Shown here piece by piece: positions 1 to 15,339 of a stretch of DNA of 64,000 nucleotides. The translations under genes were made by a program, and so were the position numbers. Positions within the stretch are counted from its first letter, which is position 1. Each line of letters starts with the position of its first letter. The notes beneath the pieces are model-generated. The model was not told the DNA's origin and made no database searches. It saw only the letters and a list, made by a program, of their open reading frames with translations. The DNA lies in assembly GCA_963514005.1 (NCBI GenBank), contig OY740814.1, positions 15,376,001 through 15,440,000 of the forward strand, given 5' to 3'. The DNA comes from Raja brachyura (Eukaryota).

Positions 1-738
1 TGCTTTCCCCATTGTAAATTACTGTGAATATGTATCATATGAACCCTGTCACTGGAGTTGTAACTGGTTTACTCAGATTTGCCCATTGTAAGTATGAACA
101 TATGATTTGTAAATTAGGAATAAAAGGCTGTACTAAATTTGCTCACTCTGCTTTCTTTGTTGCAGTGTGCACACGTTCTTCTATTTCTGGAACATCATGA
201 GAATACATACAATATGAAACTGAGAAAATAGAATATTTATCAGAACCACTCTGTCTGAATGCAATGCTTCATATGAATTTCCTTTCATTTTACCTTGCTT
301 AACTGCATCATATTATTCTTCACATTTCTCCATAGAGTTTTCTCTGAACCTTTGCTTTTATCCCAATTTCTTTTTGTGGTAGAGTGCCAGGGAAAAGATG
401 TGTGAATGAGATTTATTGAACGAGGGTTGGAGGATATTTATGAGGAGCATTAACACTGAAGTAAATATTTTTGCTTGAATAGATGTTTCAGTTTTTTATT
501 AAATGTAGAGCAAACAAGAGGAATAAAACTGCACTAGGAACAACTAAAGAATGCAGCAACGGTGCAAGGTGACCTCTTGTGGGATCCTGCCAACATTACA
601 ATGCAGCTGGTGTTGGTAAACTTTGCTTAGAATGTTAGAGAGGCTGCAGTGGTCTACTTTGTGTGCATTAGGTATATTTCTAAACATGCAAACTGCGAAG
701 TTGTGAATATTAAGATGCTGGTTTTGTCCCTTAAACAG

Positions 739-871
739 ATAATTCAATGAGGTATAGCAAGCAACTGATCCAAGTGATGGAAGATATCTGTATCTTAGTT
801 GACCAGATTCCTGTGAGTGAACTGCAAGCTTTGTCTTGTGCAAGCCAATTGCTTCGGCAGAGAGAGCTTCG
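739..871 (+). CDS. BLM: BLM coding exon (equivalent to human exon 6), BDHCT region
   Basis: ttaaacag| ... |gtaagt; 133 nt, phase 1->2; translates NSMRYSKQLIQVMEDICILVDQIPVSELQALSCASQLLRQREL(R), matching the BLM BDHCT motif (human QLIHVMEHICKLIDTIP). Confidence 0.9.
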
Positions 872-1173
872 GTAAGTACTGGCTCCACAGACTTGAGTTA
901 TTGGACCACCACAGTGAGGTGTTTAGTTTGAGATTATTCCACTGATTTTCACTATCAAACATTCAAAGCACTCCCAGCCCTCCTTCCATCATCTTTCACA
1001 ATTAAGGCCATCACAACCTTTGCTTATCTGCTTATATATCACATAATTTTACATATTATACACTATATAATATTATTATATATTTGATAAGATACCACAT
1101 AGATTTGTCTTCCGGACTATAAAACATAGAATGCATGGGGTTGTATAACCATGAATTGCAAAGATTCTCCAAA

Positions 1174-1885
1174 TATGGATGGCAGCCTCGCCAACCGTCT
1201 GTCTTTTTTGGTATTTTTAGTGTGTTTTAAAAAGTTCGTGTTCATGTTCGCTGGTTTGTTTTATGTGGGTGGTGGTGGTCTGGGGAAACTTTTTTTCAAT
1301 CCCTTACCTTGCCAGAGATGCGGTTGTTTTCCGGATCGTACCTCCGGTTGCTCTGCGGCCTCACATCATGGGGCTGGCGGCCTTGCTCGAGACTGACTTT
1401 GAACCCCACTGCGGGGGCGTGGACTTGCCATCGGAGCCTGCGATCCCTTGCCTGGGATCAACGGTCCAACTGCGGCCTGCGGATTTCAACATCGAGGAGC
1501 TCGCAGTCTCGGGTAGAGACTGATGTCGGGAGGCTCCAAGTCGCGGACGGTTCGACTAGCCCCGACCCAGGGTCCAATCGCCCGTGCTGGGAGCTGAGAT
1601 CCCCCTCCGATGCGGAGGGCCCGACTGCCGGCTACGGTAGCCAAGATCGTCCCATCAACAGAAGGCTCGAGGCCCCCAACAGCAGGGGGACAAAGAAGGG
1701 AAGAGCTTGAACTTTTTTTTGCCTTCCATCACAGTGAGGAATGTGGAGAAGTCACTGTGGTGGATGCTTATGTTAAAATGTATTTTCTGTGTCTTGTTTC
1801 TTTTTATTGGTATGACTATATGGTCAATCAAATTCCTCGTATGTTGCAAAACATACTTGGCTAATAAAGTATGATTATGATAATA
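1174..1885 (+). mobile_element. CpG-rich non-autonomous retroelement of unknown family (approximate 5' end)
   Basis: Abrupt GC/CpG-rich block in an AT-rich intron; 3' hairpins, then AATAAA and a (TATGAT)n tail. Confidence 0.55.
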
Positions 1886-2291
1886 GGAAAGGGATTTTCG
1901 TAATGGGCTGGAGGGAAGTGTTCGGTGAAGCTCCCAGAGATCATTATGGATTGCTGGTTTTCTTAATACACACTGGGCGTTCAGGGAACTTTTTTCAAAA
2001 TTTCAGAATATACAAAACTCGGAGGCCAATAATAGACTTCAACGATATGTAAATTGGCTGGCAGAATGAGCGAGTAGGTGTCAGATGAAATATAATAAGG
2101 AGAAATATAAATTATTACATTTTGGTAGGAAGAATGAGAAGAGGTAACATAAACTGGAGGGCATAGTCTAAATGGGTAGAAGACAGAATAATTTTGGGAA
2201 CAGAACAAATGCATAGGGTCCTGGGCTTGGGAAATAGAAGCATTGAATGGCTGAGAATTAAACAACTTCTGCAGAAACGTAGCTCTTTAAT

Positions 2292-2575
2292 GGGCACAGT
2301 AGCTCAACGGTAGAGTCGCTGCCTTACAGCACCGGAGACCCGGGTTTGATTCTGACTACGGATTCTGTCTGGAGTTTGTCCGTTCTCCCTGTGACTGCAT
2401 GGATTTCTCCGGGTGCTCCGGTTTCCTCCCACATTCCATAGATGTGCAGGTTTGTAGGTTAATTACATTTCTGTACATTTTCCCTAGTGTGCTGGATAGA
2501 ACTAGTGTACGGGTGATCGCTGGTTGGTGGGTGGAAGGGCCCGTTTCCACGCTGTATCTCTAAACTAAACTAAAA
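2292..2575 (+). mobile_element. tRNA-derived V-SINE (elasmobranch HE1-like)
   Basis: A/B-box-like head (ACAGTAGCTCAACGG ... GGGTTTGATTC), V-domain GTTCTCCCTGTGACTGCATGG...GGTTTCCTCCCAC, (CTAAA)n tail; further partial copies near 15975-16190, 29830-30080, 39925-40030 and 61850-61950. Confidence 0.8.
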
Positions 2576-3185
2576 TACAAGATTTTAAAAAAACACACAA
2601 AATGCCAGAGTAACTCAACTAGTCAGGCAGCATACATGGAGAACATGAATGTGACATATCGGCTCAGGACCTTTAGACCGAAGAAGGATCTTGACCCGAA
2701 ACCTCACCTATCCGTGTTCTCCAGAGATGCTGCCAAACCGTTATTCCAGTCTTTGTGTTCTCAATGAATGTGAAATTTCGAGGCAATATTTAATAGATAA
2801 GCTGGAACATAGACAAATTACCTGTCCATTGTGCTTTTTTGTCAAATGACTGCTATGTTTCCTGCATTATAGTAGTGATCAATCTTCAGAAATTAATATT
2901 TGCTGAAGTTCACACGTCCAGTATGGGAATCGCAAGAAAGCAAGACTGCTAGGACCTCCCAGTAGGGTTGCTCTGTGATTGAAGCTTGACTCAATAGTCT
3001 GAATGGAGAATAAATTCTTGCATGTTAACAACATGCATTCCCTAAGACTGACGAACTGATTTTCACACCCTTCAACACCTTGTCTCCTTTATCTCCCACC
3101 CAACTGAGGGCATAATTTCTGTATCGTTTGTAGGAAATTTCTATTTTCGATTAGTGCTAACTAGGAATTGTTCTTTTCCTTCTAG

Positions 3186-3982
3186 AAAGAAGCTTTTGGC
3201 TGATAAGAATGAAACGCTGAAAATACTAAATGAAGATACGGCAAAAGCTGCCTTCAGACCAGTGCAGATTCCTTTAACGAATAATTATTCTACCAATACT
3301 GTTGGTTCCCCTGTTAATGTAAATCCTGACCGGTGGCAAAGGACATCTAAAACCTTTATGTTTAGGAAATCTTGCCAGAATACTCCAACTTTGCCTGATG
3401 ATAATTTTCTTAATGAGGCAGATTTCTATGAAATTGATGAAACTTCTACACCCACTGGCAGGACGTGTGTCCTTTCTGCACCTGCCACTAGCTGCACTCA
3501 GAACAAGCCGTATCTGCAAAGAAGCAAGCTTGTTCTTTCAGTGGGAAGGAACAAGTCTTCCTTATCGAGTTCCAATCAGGACGCTTATTCTCCACATGGT
3601 CAAATTGCAAACGGATCACAAAATGAAGGTGGGGCAAGCAAGGCAGACCGACAGCCAGCAGTGTCTGCTGAAAGAACGTGTGCTACTCGTAATCAGAAGC
3701 TACAGGGCAAAGACCGCAACACTGAGGCGTTGGCACTGGAGGATGATTTTGACATTGATAACTTTGAATTAGACGATTTAGATGAAGAGATGGAGTGTTT
3801 TTTACATTCGTCAAGTGTTCCTGCATCCAATGATTCATTGTATGCAAGTACTCTCCCCATCAGGGAGGGAGGGTCCAAGAAGTCCTGGGAGAAGAGAACT
3901 TCAGTACAAGATGGCAGCACATACTTGGCTTATCCCTCTGCAACTGCCAGTGTCAAACCTCATACCAAGCTCTGTTCCACAG
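3186..3982 (+). CDS. BLM: BLM large disordered N-terminal exon (human exon 7 equivalent)
   Basis: ccttctag| ... |gtaatc; 797 nt open frame, phase 2->1, joins both neighbours in frame; begins (R)KKLL and contains the acidic EDDFDIDNFELDDLDEE patch typical of BLM. Confidence 0.9.
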
Positions 3983-4590
3983 GTAATCAGTGAGCTTTAC
4001 ATTAATCTGGATAAAATAATCCATGACCATAACCAGCTAAATGTTTCGTGGATAAGTGCAGCCTGTATTTTCCCAATGATCTTACATTTTCTTCTGTCTG
4101 GGTTTGTTCATGCTGAGTTGAGACCTGTTGGCGCCAGCAGACGTCTATTATCTTGTCCAGATCCAGAGGTTTGCAACATGCCCATGTTTTAACTCTCCCT
4201 TAAAGTGATGGTGTTGGTGGCAGTCTGTTTCCTGTCATTGGTCAGCCTGCATAAAAATCACACCAACAATGTGTAACAGTGTTTGATTGGGGCTTCCATT
4301 CACACTGTAGTGCACCAGTAGGTGCCTTTGCCCATTAAGCCAACCAGATGCCAGTATGATTTATAACTGGGATACTTCCTGAGCTCTCGGGTTTCGTGTT
4401 TTGGTGTTTGTAGAACTCATTTGCTCAACTGTGGCTGCTGAAGTCGGCGTCAGAGCTGTGAACGAGAGGTGAGAAGAAAGTGCTGGCAGTTACAGTGATG
4501 CATAGTGACTCATGTTCGTCCTGTAGGCAGAACTGGGGCGTGAATGTGCAATAATGTAGGTTCAATTTTCAACTGAAGTTTGCAGACTTA

Positions 4591-4930
4591 TGGCCCTGTC
4601 CCACTGTACGAGTTCATTCAAGAGCTCTCCCGAGTTTTTAAAAAAAAATCAAACTCGTGGTAAGCATGTAAAATGAACGTAGCGGGTACGTCGGAGCTCG
4701 GGGACATCTCTTAGCCGCTCGTAACGTTAAGGGCAGGTACTCGGGAAACGCGGTAAGCTCGGGAAGACTCGTGATGATTTTTCAACATTTTTCAAGATTT
4801 TTCACATGTTGAAAAATGTCCACGAGAGCCCCGAGTACCGATGAGCGGCTATTACCGTAATTTTCCGAGTTCAAATCAGGGCAAACTCGGGAGAACTCTT
4901 TGAATGAACTCGTACAGTGGGGCAGGTCTT
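4591..4930. mobile_element. PIF/Harbinger-type MITE
   Basis: About 45-bp imperfect TIRs (TGGCCCTGTCCCACTGTACGAGTTCATTCAAGAG...); TTA on both flanks (4588-4590 and 4931-4933). Confidence 0.8.
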
Positions 4931-5916
4931 TTAAGCTTCATGCTACTTAGTAAGGTATTGTATAAGCTTCTAATAATTCATAATTTAACATTTTTATTTT
5001 TTCCATGCAGAGTGTGGTATTGTGTGAGAAGGTTCCAAAGACTTTGCCGTGTTTACCTAATGCCATATACCTCATGTATGAAACCACTCGTTCAGTATCT
5101 GACATTCGTGTCGTACAGTTCTAATAGATCCCTGTGCCCATCCTGTCAAATTATTGTACCTCTACACAGGAAGAGGCCATTTAACCGGTTGTGCCTGTCT
5201 TTGAAAAAGAAAACATTCAAAAGGTAATTTGATACATAATGGTCTTTGAAAGAGCTCTCTAATTTCATGTCAAACTCCAGCTTTTTATCTCTATAACCCT
5301 GCCAATGAATCCATTTCAAATGTGTATCAAATTACCTTTTGAATGTTTCTCTGAATCAGATTTTTCCATCTTTGCAGGTAGTGAGTTCTAGATCTTTGCA
5401 GCAGCTTGTTGAAGACATTTTTATTTGTTTATTGGACCTTTATGAACAATTTCATCAAAATCTTTAGAATTTTGAGCATTGCTTATGTGTCTCGATCTTA
5501 GGTTGATCCGTTTGGCCCAACTTGATTTTCTTTGCTGCTTTCTTCAAACATGTCCATAGTAAGTAACCACTGCATATGTTCCAGGGCTTTGACATCCTTT
5601 CCAAAGCAAGGTGCGCCAAATGGTGTACTGTGGTCCAGCTTTGTGTTTTTAAATCTGATGACATGGTTTCTTAATTGTTTCAACCCGTTGTTCTACAACC
5701 TTTAATGATTTATATTCACTCAATTTCTCTTTATTCATTCATTTCATTTAAAATAGTCCAAATTAGATTAATCTACCTCTGTAGATTCCTTGTCCTAATG
5801 TGCAGTTTTACATTTACCTTCGTTAAATTGCATTTGCTGATGTATCTGCCGATTTTGGCAATCTGTTGGCCTCCTGCAGTCTGTTACTATCCTGCTTATT
5901 ATTTACTATGTTGGTT

Positions 5917-6444
5917 ACATAGAAACATAGAAACATAGAAAATAGGTGCAGGAGTGGGCCATTCGGCCCTTCGAGCCTGCAATATGATCATGGCTGATCA
6001 TTCAACTAAGTATTCTGTACCTGCTTTCTCTCCATACCCCCTGATCCCTTTAACCACAAGGGCCACATCTAACTCTCTCTTAAATATAGCCAATGAACTG
6101 GCCTCAGCTACCTTCTGTGGCAGAGAATTCCAGAGACTCATCACTCTCTGTGTGAAAAATGTTTTCCTCATCTTGGTCCTAAAGGAATTCCCCCTTATCC
6201 TTAAACTGTGACCCCTTGTTCTGGACCTCCCCAACATCGGGAACAATCTTCCTGCATCTAGCCTGTCCAACCCCTTAAGAATTTTGTAAGTTTCTATAAG
6301 ATTCCCCCTCAATCTTCTAAATTCTAGCGAGTACAAGCCGAGTCTACCCAGGCTTTCCTCATATGAAAGTCCTGACATCCCAGGAATCAGTCTGGTGAAC
6401 CTTCTCTGTACCCCCTCCAATGCAAGAATGTCTTTCCTCAGATT
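5917..6444 (-). mobile_element. CR1 LINE 3' fragment (HER1-like)
   Basis: ORF2 C-terminus LRKDILALEGVQRRFTRLIPGMSGLSYEE...TRGHSLRIRG...FFTQRVMSLWNSLP; (TTTCTATG)n tail. Confidence 0.92.
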
Positions 6445-6530
6445 GCTCCAAAGATTCAAGTTCAGGCACACTGGCTGGTGCAGAGAGAGAGCATGATTAT
6501 AACATTTCTTTTTTGAAATTAATAGAATGA

Positions 6531-6761
<231 letters not shown>

Positions 6762-8385
6762 TAGCTCGAGCAAGTGCCTCAAGTCACTCACTGCATAGAA
6801 GTTTGGGTACCTTATCTTTGTAACCTATATAAATACATGATTATTCCATTTTGTTTATAATTACTGATTTCAAAAGTCAGCTGTGAAAAGGCACAAAATG
6901 CTGGAGCAATTCAGCGGGTCAAGCAGGTTCCTTGGTGAATATGGATAGGTAAGATTTCGGGTTGGGACATTTCTTCAGATGAAGAAGGGTCCCAACCCGA
7001 ATTGTTACCTATCCATATTCTTCAGGGATGCTGCCTGACCCTCTTGAGTTACTCCAACATTTTGTCTTTTTTTATAAATCAGTATCTGCTGTTCATTATT
7101 TCTAAATGCTAGCTATTTTTACTTGTGAGTCTCTCTCTCCTTCAAAGCACTTGGGCATCACAAGCTGAGCCAGCATTGAATTACCCATCCCAATTGCCCT
7201 TGAGAAGGTGATGATGAGCTACTTTCTTGAACCCTTGCCGTCCTTGAGTGGGTATGCCCACAATGTTGGGGAAGGTCCAGGACAGTGGAAGATTGGCAAA
7301 ATATTTGCAAGTCAGGGTGGTGTGTGGCTAGGACGGCAACTTCCAGGTAGTGGCGTTTTCCCATGCTTTTGCTGTCCTTGTCCTTCTAGTGGCAGAGGCC
7401 ATGGTTAGGTAGGTGTAGTTTAAGGAGTCTTGGAGCGTTGCTGCAGTGCATCCTATAGATGGTACCAACTGCTGCAACTGTGCGTCATTGGTGGAGTGAC
7501 TGAATGGTTATGGATAGGGTGCCTAACAAGCAAGCCATTAGATACTGTATGATGTTGAGCTTTTTGAATGTTGTTCAGTGCTGCACTCATCCAGGCAACT
7601 AGAGTGTATTCCATCACACACCTGGCTTGAGCTTTGCAGATGGTAGACAAGCTTTGAGAAATTGGCAGATGAGTCACATGCCGGAGAATCCTAAGTGTGT
7701 AACTGCTCTTGTAGTTATTCTACTTGGGTAACTTACAACCCAACGGTATAAACATTGAATCCTCCAATTTTCGGTAACCTCCTCTCCCCCCCCCCCCCCT
7801 TCACTGCAGGAGTTTAAACATGGTTGTTTCTACTGAAGCTAGCACGTGCTACTTGATAGCACAATCATTTATCCCTTCTGTCACACTGCTGCTGATTGAA
7901 AGTAGACTACTTGACCGCTCCATCTCTTCCCTCTCCCATACTGCCACTGTTTTTCTCCTCAACCACTCCCACTATTTCTGTTTCTTTGTTCACTGGACTG
8001 CTCGATATCAATTGATATGCTACAGATTCTGAACACCTATGAAAATCTGGCAGCAAATGGTGTGTGGAGAGGAGGTTCGTTTCATGGTGAAGCAAGAAAT
8101 AAACACTGCTTTGGGTACGAACTCTCACCTGCTCTCTTGAAATTCAGTTGTTTTTATGTAGCCAAGTGTGACAGTCCAAGTGTACTCTACAACAACCCAT
8201 GACCAACAAATGAGGACATTAGAAAAGTAAGGTCTATTCGTAGTGGTGACTGCCGAGGAATAAGAGCCACCAATGCCACTGAGAACAGTTCCTCAACTTT
8301 AATTGGTTTCATGATGAAAATGGTGGACAGAAGCTCATCTGCTTTTCTGCAGAAGAAATTCCAATGATACCCGGTTCCGTTGTAG

Positions 8386-8589
<204 letters not shown>

Positions 8590-9366
8590 TAAGTTATTAA
8601 ATGACTTTCCAATTTTTAGATAAGGCAGCGATGACAGAATGACCGAGAATTTTTCAAAGCTAATCTTTTATTGGGGTGGTTCTTGGATGGAGCTGAGTAT
8701 ATGAAAGATAAATTATGGCATGTTTTAATAAAGAGTAACCATTTTCATTGGCAGATGGATCACTGAATGGTGAGTGATAAAATGACGAGAGGAGTTATGA
8801 GTATTTCTCACGTCATTGCCTGGTGGCAGTGGAAGCCGATTCACCAGGAATTTTCAAATGGGAATTGTATAAATACCTGCAGGAAAAAAATATTGCAGGT
8901 GAATTGGGAAAGGGGAAGGAGAATAGAAGTTAATGGAGAGTTGTTTTTAAAGGTCATAATTTGCACGACAGGCCAATTAAGTGTCCTGTGTCATAAGAGT
9001 CGATTATTTATAATGCAGGGAGCAGGTGGTAAATTAGAGTTAGATTAAGGCACTTTTGAGGCATGTTCCAATACTTCAGTGACATCAGCTGATGTAGATA
9101 CCAGGGATTACATTATTCAAAGTGTTTTGCATGGATGAACAAGAAAGGCCCCCTTGCCTTTAACATTGGGCGCAGTTGACAATGGGTTGTCATGCACTGA
9201 TTTGAATCCTGTGCTTCCCAGATTCCTGCTCAAAATATGTTGAACCAATTTGGTGGGGCAGATGTATGTCACTAACCATTCTCAATAAATGAACTTACCA
9301 GCTGGAACTCTTAAGGGCAGGAATAGATACAGTGATATAAGGGCATGCTATCGTGAAACATGTTGA

Positions 9367-9540
<174 letters not shown>

Positions 9541-10265
9541 TAGGGCAAAAGTCAGAAAATGAAATCCGTATGTAACAAGGATAATACAGTATTCTTGGGA
9601 TAGTTTACCAAGTTAGCAGTAACAGTGTAGTGGATTAAGTCATTGAGTATATGAGATGCTTTTCTAGATCCGTATTTTGAGGGCCCAGAGAGAGAACTAA
9701 CTGATTGTTTTAAGCTTCTTATTGTGCAAAAGGAGTCATTGATGATCTGGTAGCTGAGGGTTTTTCGGGGGCAGAATGAATATGATATGATGTAACTCGT
9801 ATAAAGAGTGAAAGAGAATTGGTTTCTGACACCAGAATTTAAACCAAGGAAACCACAAAGTGTTTGGTGTGTGTTAGCTGTGGTATGTTGAGAAAATGCA
9901 TTTAAAGATGAACGATCAAGCAATGGCCAACATTTAAATAATTTATACATAGTTTACAACAAATGTTTATCCCCTTGAGACACAAAAACTCATCACAGAT
10001 TTTTCTAAGCTATTTATTTTAATTTATGCTTGTACTGGTGGTCTACGAGTCAATGTAATCCTCTACCTTGCTGTGTTTGATCTGTAGATTCTCAGAAAAA
10101 TCTGAGTATTCATTTACACAATATTCCCAAAGAGTTTGCAGAGTCTGCATACAAAGCAGGAACGGGGCACTGATTTTAGATGATTAGCCATGATCATATT
10201 GAATGGCGGTGCTGGCTTGAAGGCTGAATGGCCTACATCTGCACCTATTTTTCTATTAACCTTGA

Positions 10266-10412
<147 letters not shown>

Positions 10413-11614
10413 TAGATTTTGCTCAGTAGATCAGACTATTCATGATACTTGTGCACAGAGACAAATACTCCTGGATAGAATTTTTTATTAAGTATCCTAC
10501 TGTCAGATGCAACTAGCAGGTACCAAACCAAGATCTGCCTTCCTCATCGTGTAGATGGATAGAATCGCTTGGAGAAAGAGTACTGGGAAACATCCAAAGA
10601 TAACTGGGGGAATCCAGATTGGTACCCTGCCCAAAACTGAGCATTGTGGTTACTTTATCATCGGTTGTATAATTTGTTGGATCTGCCTATTTGATCACAC
10701 TTCGTTGGCTGTGAAGCGCTTTGGAACGACACAAGGCCTTAAAAGAAACTGCATGTGAGGATTGGACATTGGCTTGACCTGGAGGGTGGGATTCTGTCCG
10801 ACTTGGCCTGAAGCAAGTGCTTTGCCCTTCTTACAGAATATGCTCATTGATCTGATGTGTTACAGTCCACAGCCAATAGCACTCTCTTGGTTTCAGGGAG
10901 CTGACTGGTACAGTGGTGAGAGGGGCAATCGTGGTGGTGTGCTGCCTTACTTGGAGCAAGGAGATGATTGCTCTTTTCCCGCTGGTGTAAGGGTGGCTGT
11001 CACTAGGCGAAGAGGAGCAGGCACACTAGCATTTTGCTGTTTTCCCCATTCAAGGGATGATGGATGTGATTGTTATACCCCAGCTGTGAGCTGCTAACAG
11101 GGGGTTGTACATGCAGTGTGCTGCCTCACCCCTAGTGGAGAGCCGCTTGTTGTTTTTGAAAACCCGCTCCCATTCTGCAGTTAGCAGATGAATTTGTTTT
11201 GAGTGGGAGGATGCACTCAGCTGACAAACACCTTGGGGAATAGCAGAGAGCAATATCTTTTTCAATATTATACCTGCTGCTCAAAGCCATGATTCATCTT
11301 GTAAATTAGCACCAAATTAGTGTAGGCTGCAGTTTACGATGCAAATCACAGCTCCCAGTGGCTTGTACAAACAAAAGATCCTCTCCTCTGAGATGTTTTT
11401 ATTGAGATCTCAGTAGTGGCAGCAGTTTGAAGAGGATCCTGTCTTGCAAGATGTCAGTCTAAGCTGACTGTTCATATGGTAAAATTTGATGGAGAGGGAG
11501 CAGAAATATGAAATTTGTTGAAGATACCCAGATGTGGAGTAGAAAAGATGACCGTTGTAGGAAAGAACTGCAGATGCTGGTTTAAATCGAAGATAGACAA
11601 AATGCTGGAGTAAC

Positions 11615-11905
11615 ATTTATACAAGAGGGCATGACATGAGAATTAAGGGACAGAAGTTTAGGGGTAACATGAGGGGGAACTTCTTTACTCAGAGAGTGGT
11701 GGCTGTGTGGAATGATCTCCCTGCAGAAGTGGTGGAGGCAGGATCGATTTTAACATTTAAAAGCAAAGTGGATAGGTATATGGACGGGAAGGGAATGGAG
11801 GGGTATGGTCTGAGTGCAGGTAGATGGGACTAGGGGAAAATGAATGGTCGGCACGGACTGGAAGGGCCGAGAAGGCCTGTTTCCGTGCTGTAATTGTTAT
11901 ATGGT
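11615..11905 (+). mobile_element. CR1 3' fragment nested in a Penelope-type repeat
   Basis: RGNFFTQRVVAVWNDLPAEVVEAGS; splits the repeat 11556-11614 / 11906-12066. Confidence 0.85.
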
Positions 11906-12384
11906 TAACACAGCGGGACAGGCAGCATCTCTGGAGAGAAGGAATGGGTGACTTTTCAGATAGTGACCCTTCTTCAGTCTGAAGACAGTCTCGACATGAA
12001 ACGCCACCAATCTCTCCAGAGATGCTGCCTGTCCTGTTGTGTTACTCCAGCATTTTGTGTCTATCTTCTAGAGAAGATGAGTGATTGTCTTCCTGGAAAG
12101 ATCAGTTCAGCATCACATCAGTTGAATGCTCAGAATTGCGGCTTTTCCTGCAAGCTAACAACAGGACCTTCCCCACCCAAGCACACCCCTCCTTTTGCAT
12201 TACTCAAGATCCTGGTTTCAATGTTTATTATTTCTTCATCTTATTGTCGTAGAATTTTGTCAATTTTCTCTCCTTGCCTGTTGCTCATGAAAGAGGTTTT
12301 ATTCGGGGAGCGGGTTTATTATGGCTGAAATACTACTGCTGTTCGCCAATAGTGCCCTAATTTCTCATGACTCGGGGACAATAA

Positions 12385-12675
<291 letters not shown>

Positions 12676-13344
12676 TAGATTCATAATATTTACTACACAC
12701 TATTATCTATTCAATTTAAAACATATCTTCTGCTTTTTTTCCTGATTGGTGTCAAATTATTTCCTTGCATTTCTTCAGAATTGAGTAAGGGTTTCTTTAT
12801 CTAAAAAGAAGTGTCAATCCAGTTGCAAACCGCATGGCAATTCGATCTGTGACTCGAGATGCATAAGTTTCACCTGAATGCAGAATAATGCTCCTAACCT
12901 TCATAAACCACAGTCCTCCAACTCCCCATCAGAATTGCCACGGAAGTACTATAACCTGTATACATTCTAAAAATTACAGATGCTTTATAGTCTTTCAGTT
13001 GGACACAATAGCGCTCGTCAAAACCACCAGACTTTGACTCCACAGTTTGGAGTCTGGAATTTCAAATATTTTCCTACTAATTTAGCTTTTTCTGTGCGAA
13101 GGACCATTCTTTCCTTTAAATGCATCTAAATAGGGTTTTTTTTAAGAAAAACGTAAAGTGAACGTGTGAGATTAATGTGATATTTAAAATCGAGGGGTAT
13201 GGATAAGACAGATAGGGGGGTATTAAAATAAGAGGGCACAGGTTTAAAATGAGAGATAGAATGTTTCTTGGAGTTTTGGGGCCAAATTCTCATCACAGAG
13301 TGGTTAGATTCTGGAATGAACTGGAAATGGTTGAGATCTTCACG

Positions 13345-14030
13345 TTCCATGTCAATAATATTTTCAACGATCTATCGTGGATCAACCATATTGATATGGC
13401 TGCCTAGAAGGAACACCAACGCCTCTACTTCCAGACGAGATTGAGGACATGTCTTCATTGATTCTCACAACTTTCAACAGATGCACCATAGAAAGCATAC
13501 TGTTGGGTTGCATCACAGCTTGGTTTGGGAACAGCTCTGTCTAAGACTACAATAAATTGTAGAGTTGTAGACGTAGCCTAATCCATCACACAGACCAGAC
13601 ATCCGACCTTTGACTTCATCTACACTTTACACTGCCCTGGAAAAGCAGCCAACATAATCAAAGATTTGTTCCACCCCCGGTCATTCCTCCTTCCCCCTGC
13701 TCCAGTCCGACAGAAAATACAGAAGCTTGAAAGAGCGCTCCACAAGGCTCGGGAACAGCGTCTTCCCCAGTGTTATCATGCTTTTGAACAGTCCTTCCGT
13801 TTTCTAGGGTACTGTCTGATTTTTTTTTTTTCTCTCCCCTTTGAGGACATTAAACTTTGTCTATGGAAGTGAAGTACTACAATGCTGCAAACTATATTCT
13901 GCACACTGTATCTTCTCCTTTGCTCTATGTATTGTACATGTGTTTGACTCTATTGTATATATGGTATATTTGTTTGGATAGCATGCAAAACATAGCTCTA
14001 CATCGGTACACATGTCAATAATAAATTGGA
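13345..14030 (+). mobile_element. Rex1/Babar-type LINE 3' fragment
   Basis: Degenerate KKAHQRLYFL..RCTIESILLGCITAWFGN C-terminus, 3' UTR ending AATAAA; related pieces at about 27915-28960 (-), 33625-34700, 35935-36780, 51570-51900 and 53790-54180. Confidence 0.7.
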
Positions 14031-14519
14031 ATCTAGACCTGACGAGGTTTTGGAGACAGATAATCAAATGACATTTAAGAAGCGTCTAGTCCAGTAACAT
14101 TGTCAGTTTGTGTAGTGTCATGGATCTATTTGTAAATAGGTTCAGTGTAGATGAGTACAATGGACAGTATGGACAGTGATCGTTATTGAGCTGTAAATGT
14201 TGGCCCAGTTATATCTTGTTCCTTTTTTTAATTCATGTAAGTAAGAAGGTAACATATCTGTTTAGTGTCTGACCTTAAAAAGTGATGCTAACATAACACT
14301 TTTAGTATTGTAGATGATCCCCAGATCCTGCTACACATTAACATTACATGTAGCGTCCACCACTCATTGTGTAATTCTATGCATTGAGCAGGTTTGGATA
14401 TTGTTGCATTGTTCAATAGCAGCATATTCACTGTAATGGAGATCATTTTCCTTTCAATAAGGATTGGAGTTTTGACAGAAGTTTATTTTAATTCTTCCCT
14501 TTTGCCTCGAGTGTCATCT

Positions 14520-14860
14520 TTCGGGCATTCAAAGTAGAAATCTGTGGGGTCGGGTGCTATACCAGCCTTCAATACATGATTTGTGCTAATATTCCAGGGC
14601 AACACTCAGCAAGTGCTGAATGCTGGTGATGCCACCTTCAGATGTTACTATAATAATCCCTCTTTCTCCCTAAGGTGGACTTAAAAAAAGCCTGTTGCTC
14701 CATTTTGAAGAGGGCAAGGTAGTTCTTTCAGTGTCCTGGCCAATAGTAATCCCTAAAGTAACATCTCTAACTCAATACATGGGCATCAGTCTGTCTGTGA
14801 GAGTTTTCAGTGTGCAGATTAACATTTACATCACAACCAATTACAGTTAAAGATATTGTC
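14520..14860 (+). mobile_element. Ancient Deu-SINE (SacSINE1/AmnSINE-like) remnant
   Basis: Core TTTTGAAGAGGGCAAGG..GTTCT..GTGTCCTGGCCAATA..ATCCCT; similar decayed cores near 42380-42510 (+) and 26030-26160 (-). Confidence 0.55.
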
Positions 14861-15081
14861 TGTTAAAGGAGGACTCTGTCATGTCTTTGCCATGCCTGGA
14901 AGGAATATGAAAAGCATGAAATAAATGAAAATTTGAAGTTGCCCATTTACCCCCTTGGGCACTACTGACAAGATGATGTAAACCTCTCGTTTCCACGGTT
15001 ATGCATTCTGCAGTTCTCACAATGAGGCATTTAAATTTAGAAAATCACGTTTGCTCGATTTGCAGAATGCATTGAGTCTAG

Positions 15082-15339
<258 letters not shown>

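Noticed and set aside
2292-2365. tRNA gene-like segment
   Set aside because: It is the head of a V-SINE and has no complete cloverleaf.
5011-5125. Strong acceptor (ttttttccatgcag|) in a BLM intron, suggesting an extra exon
   Set aside because: The required phase-1 frame hits TGA after 5 codons, and the flanking exons already join in frame.
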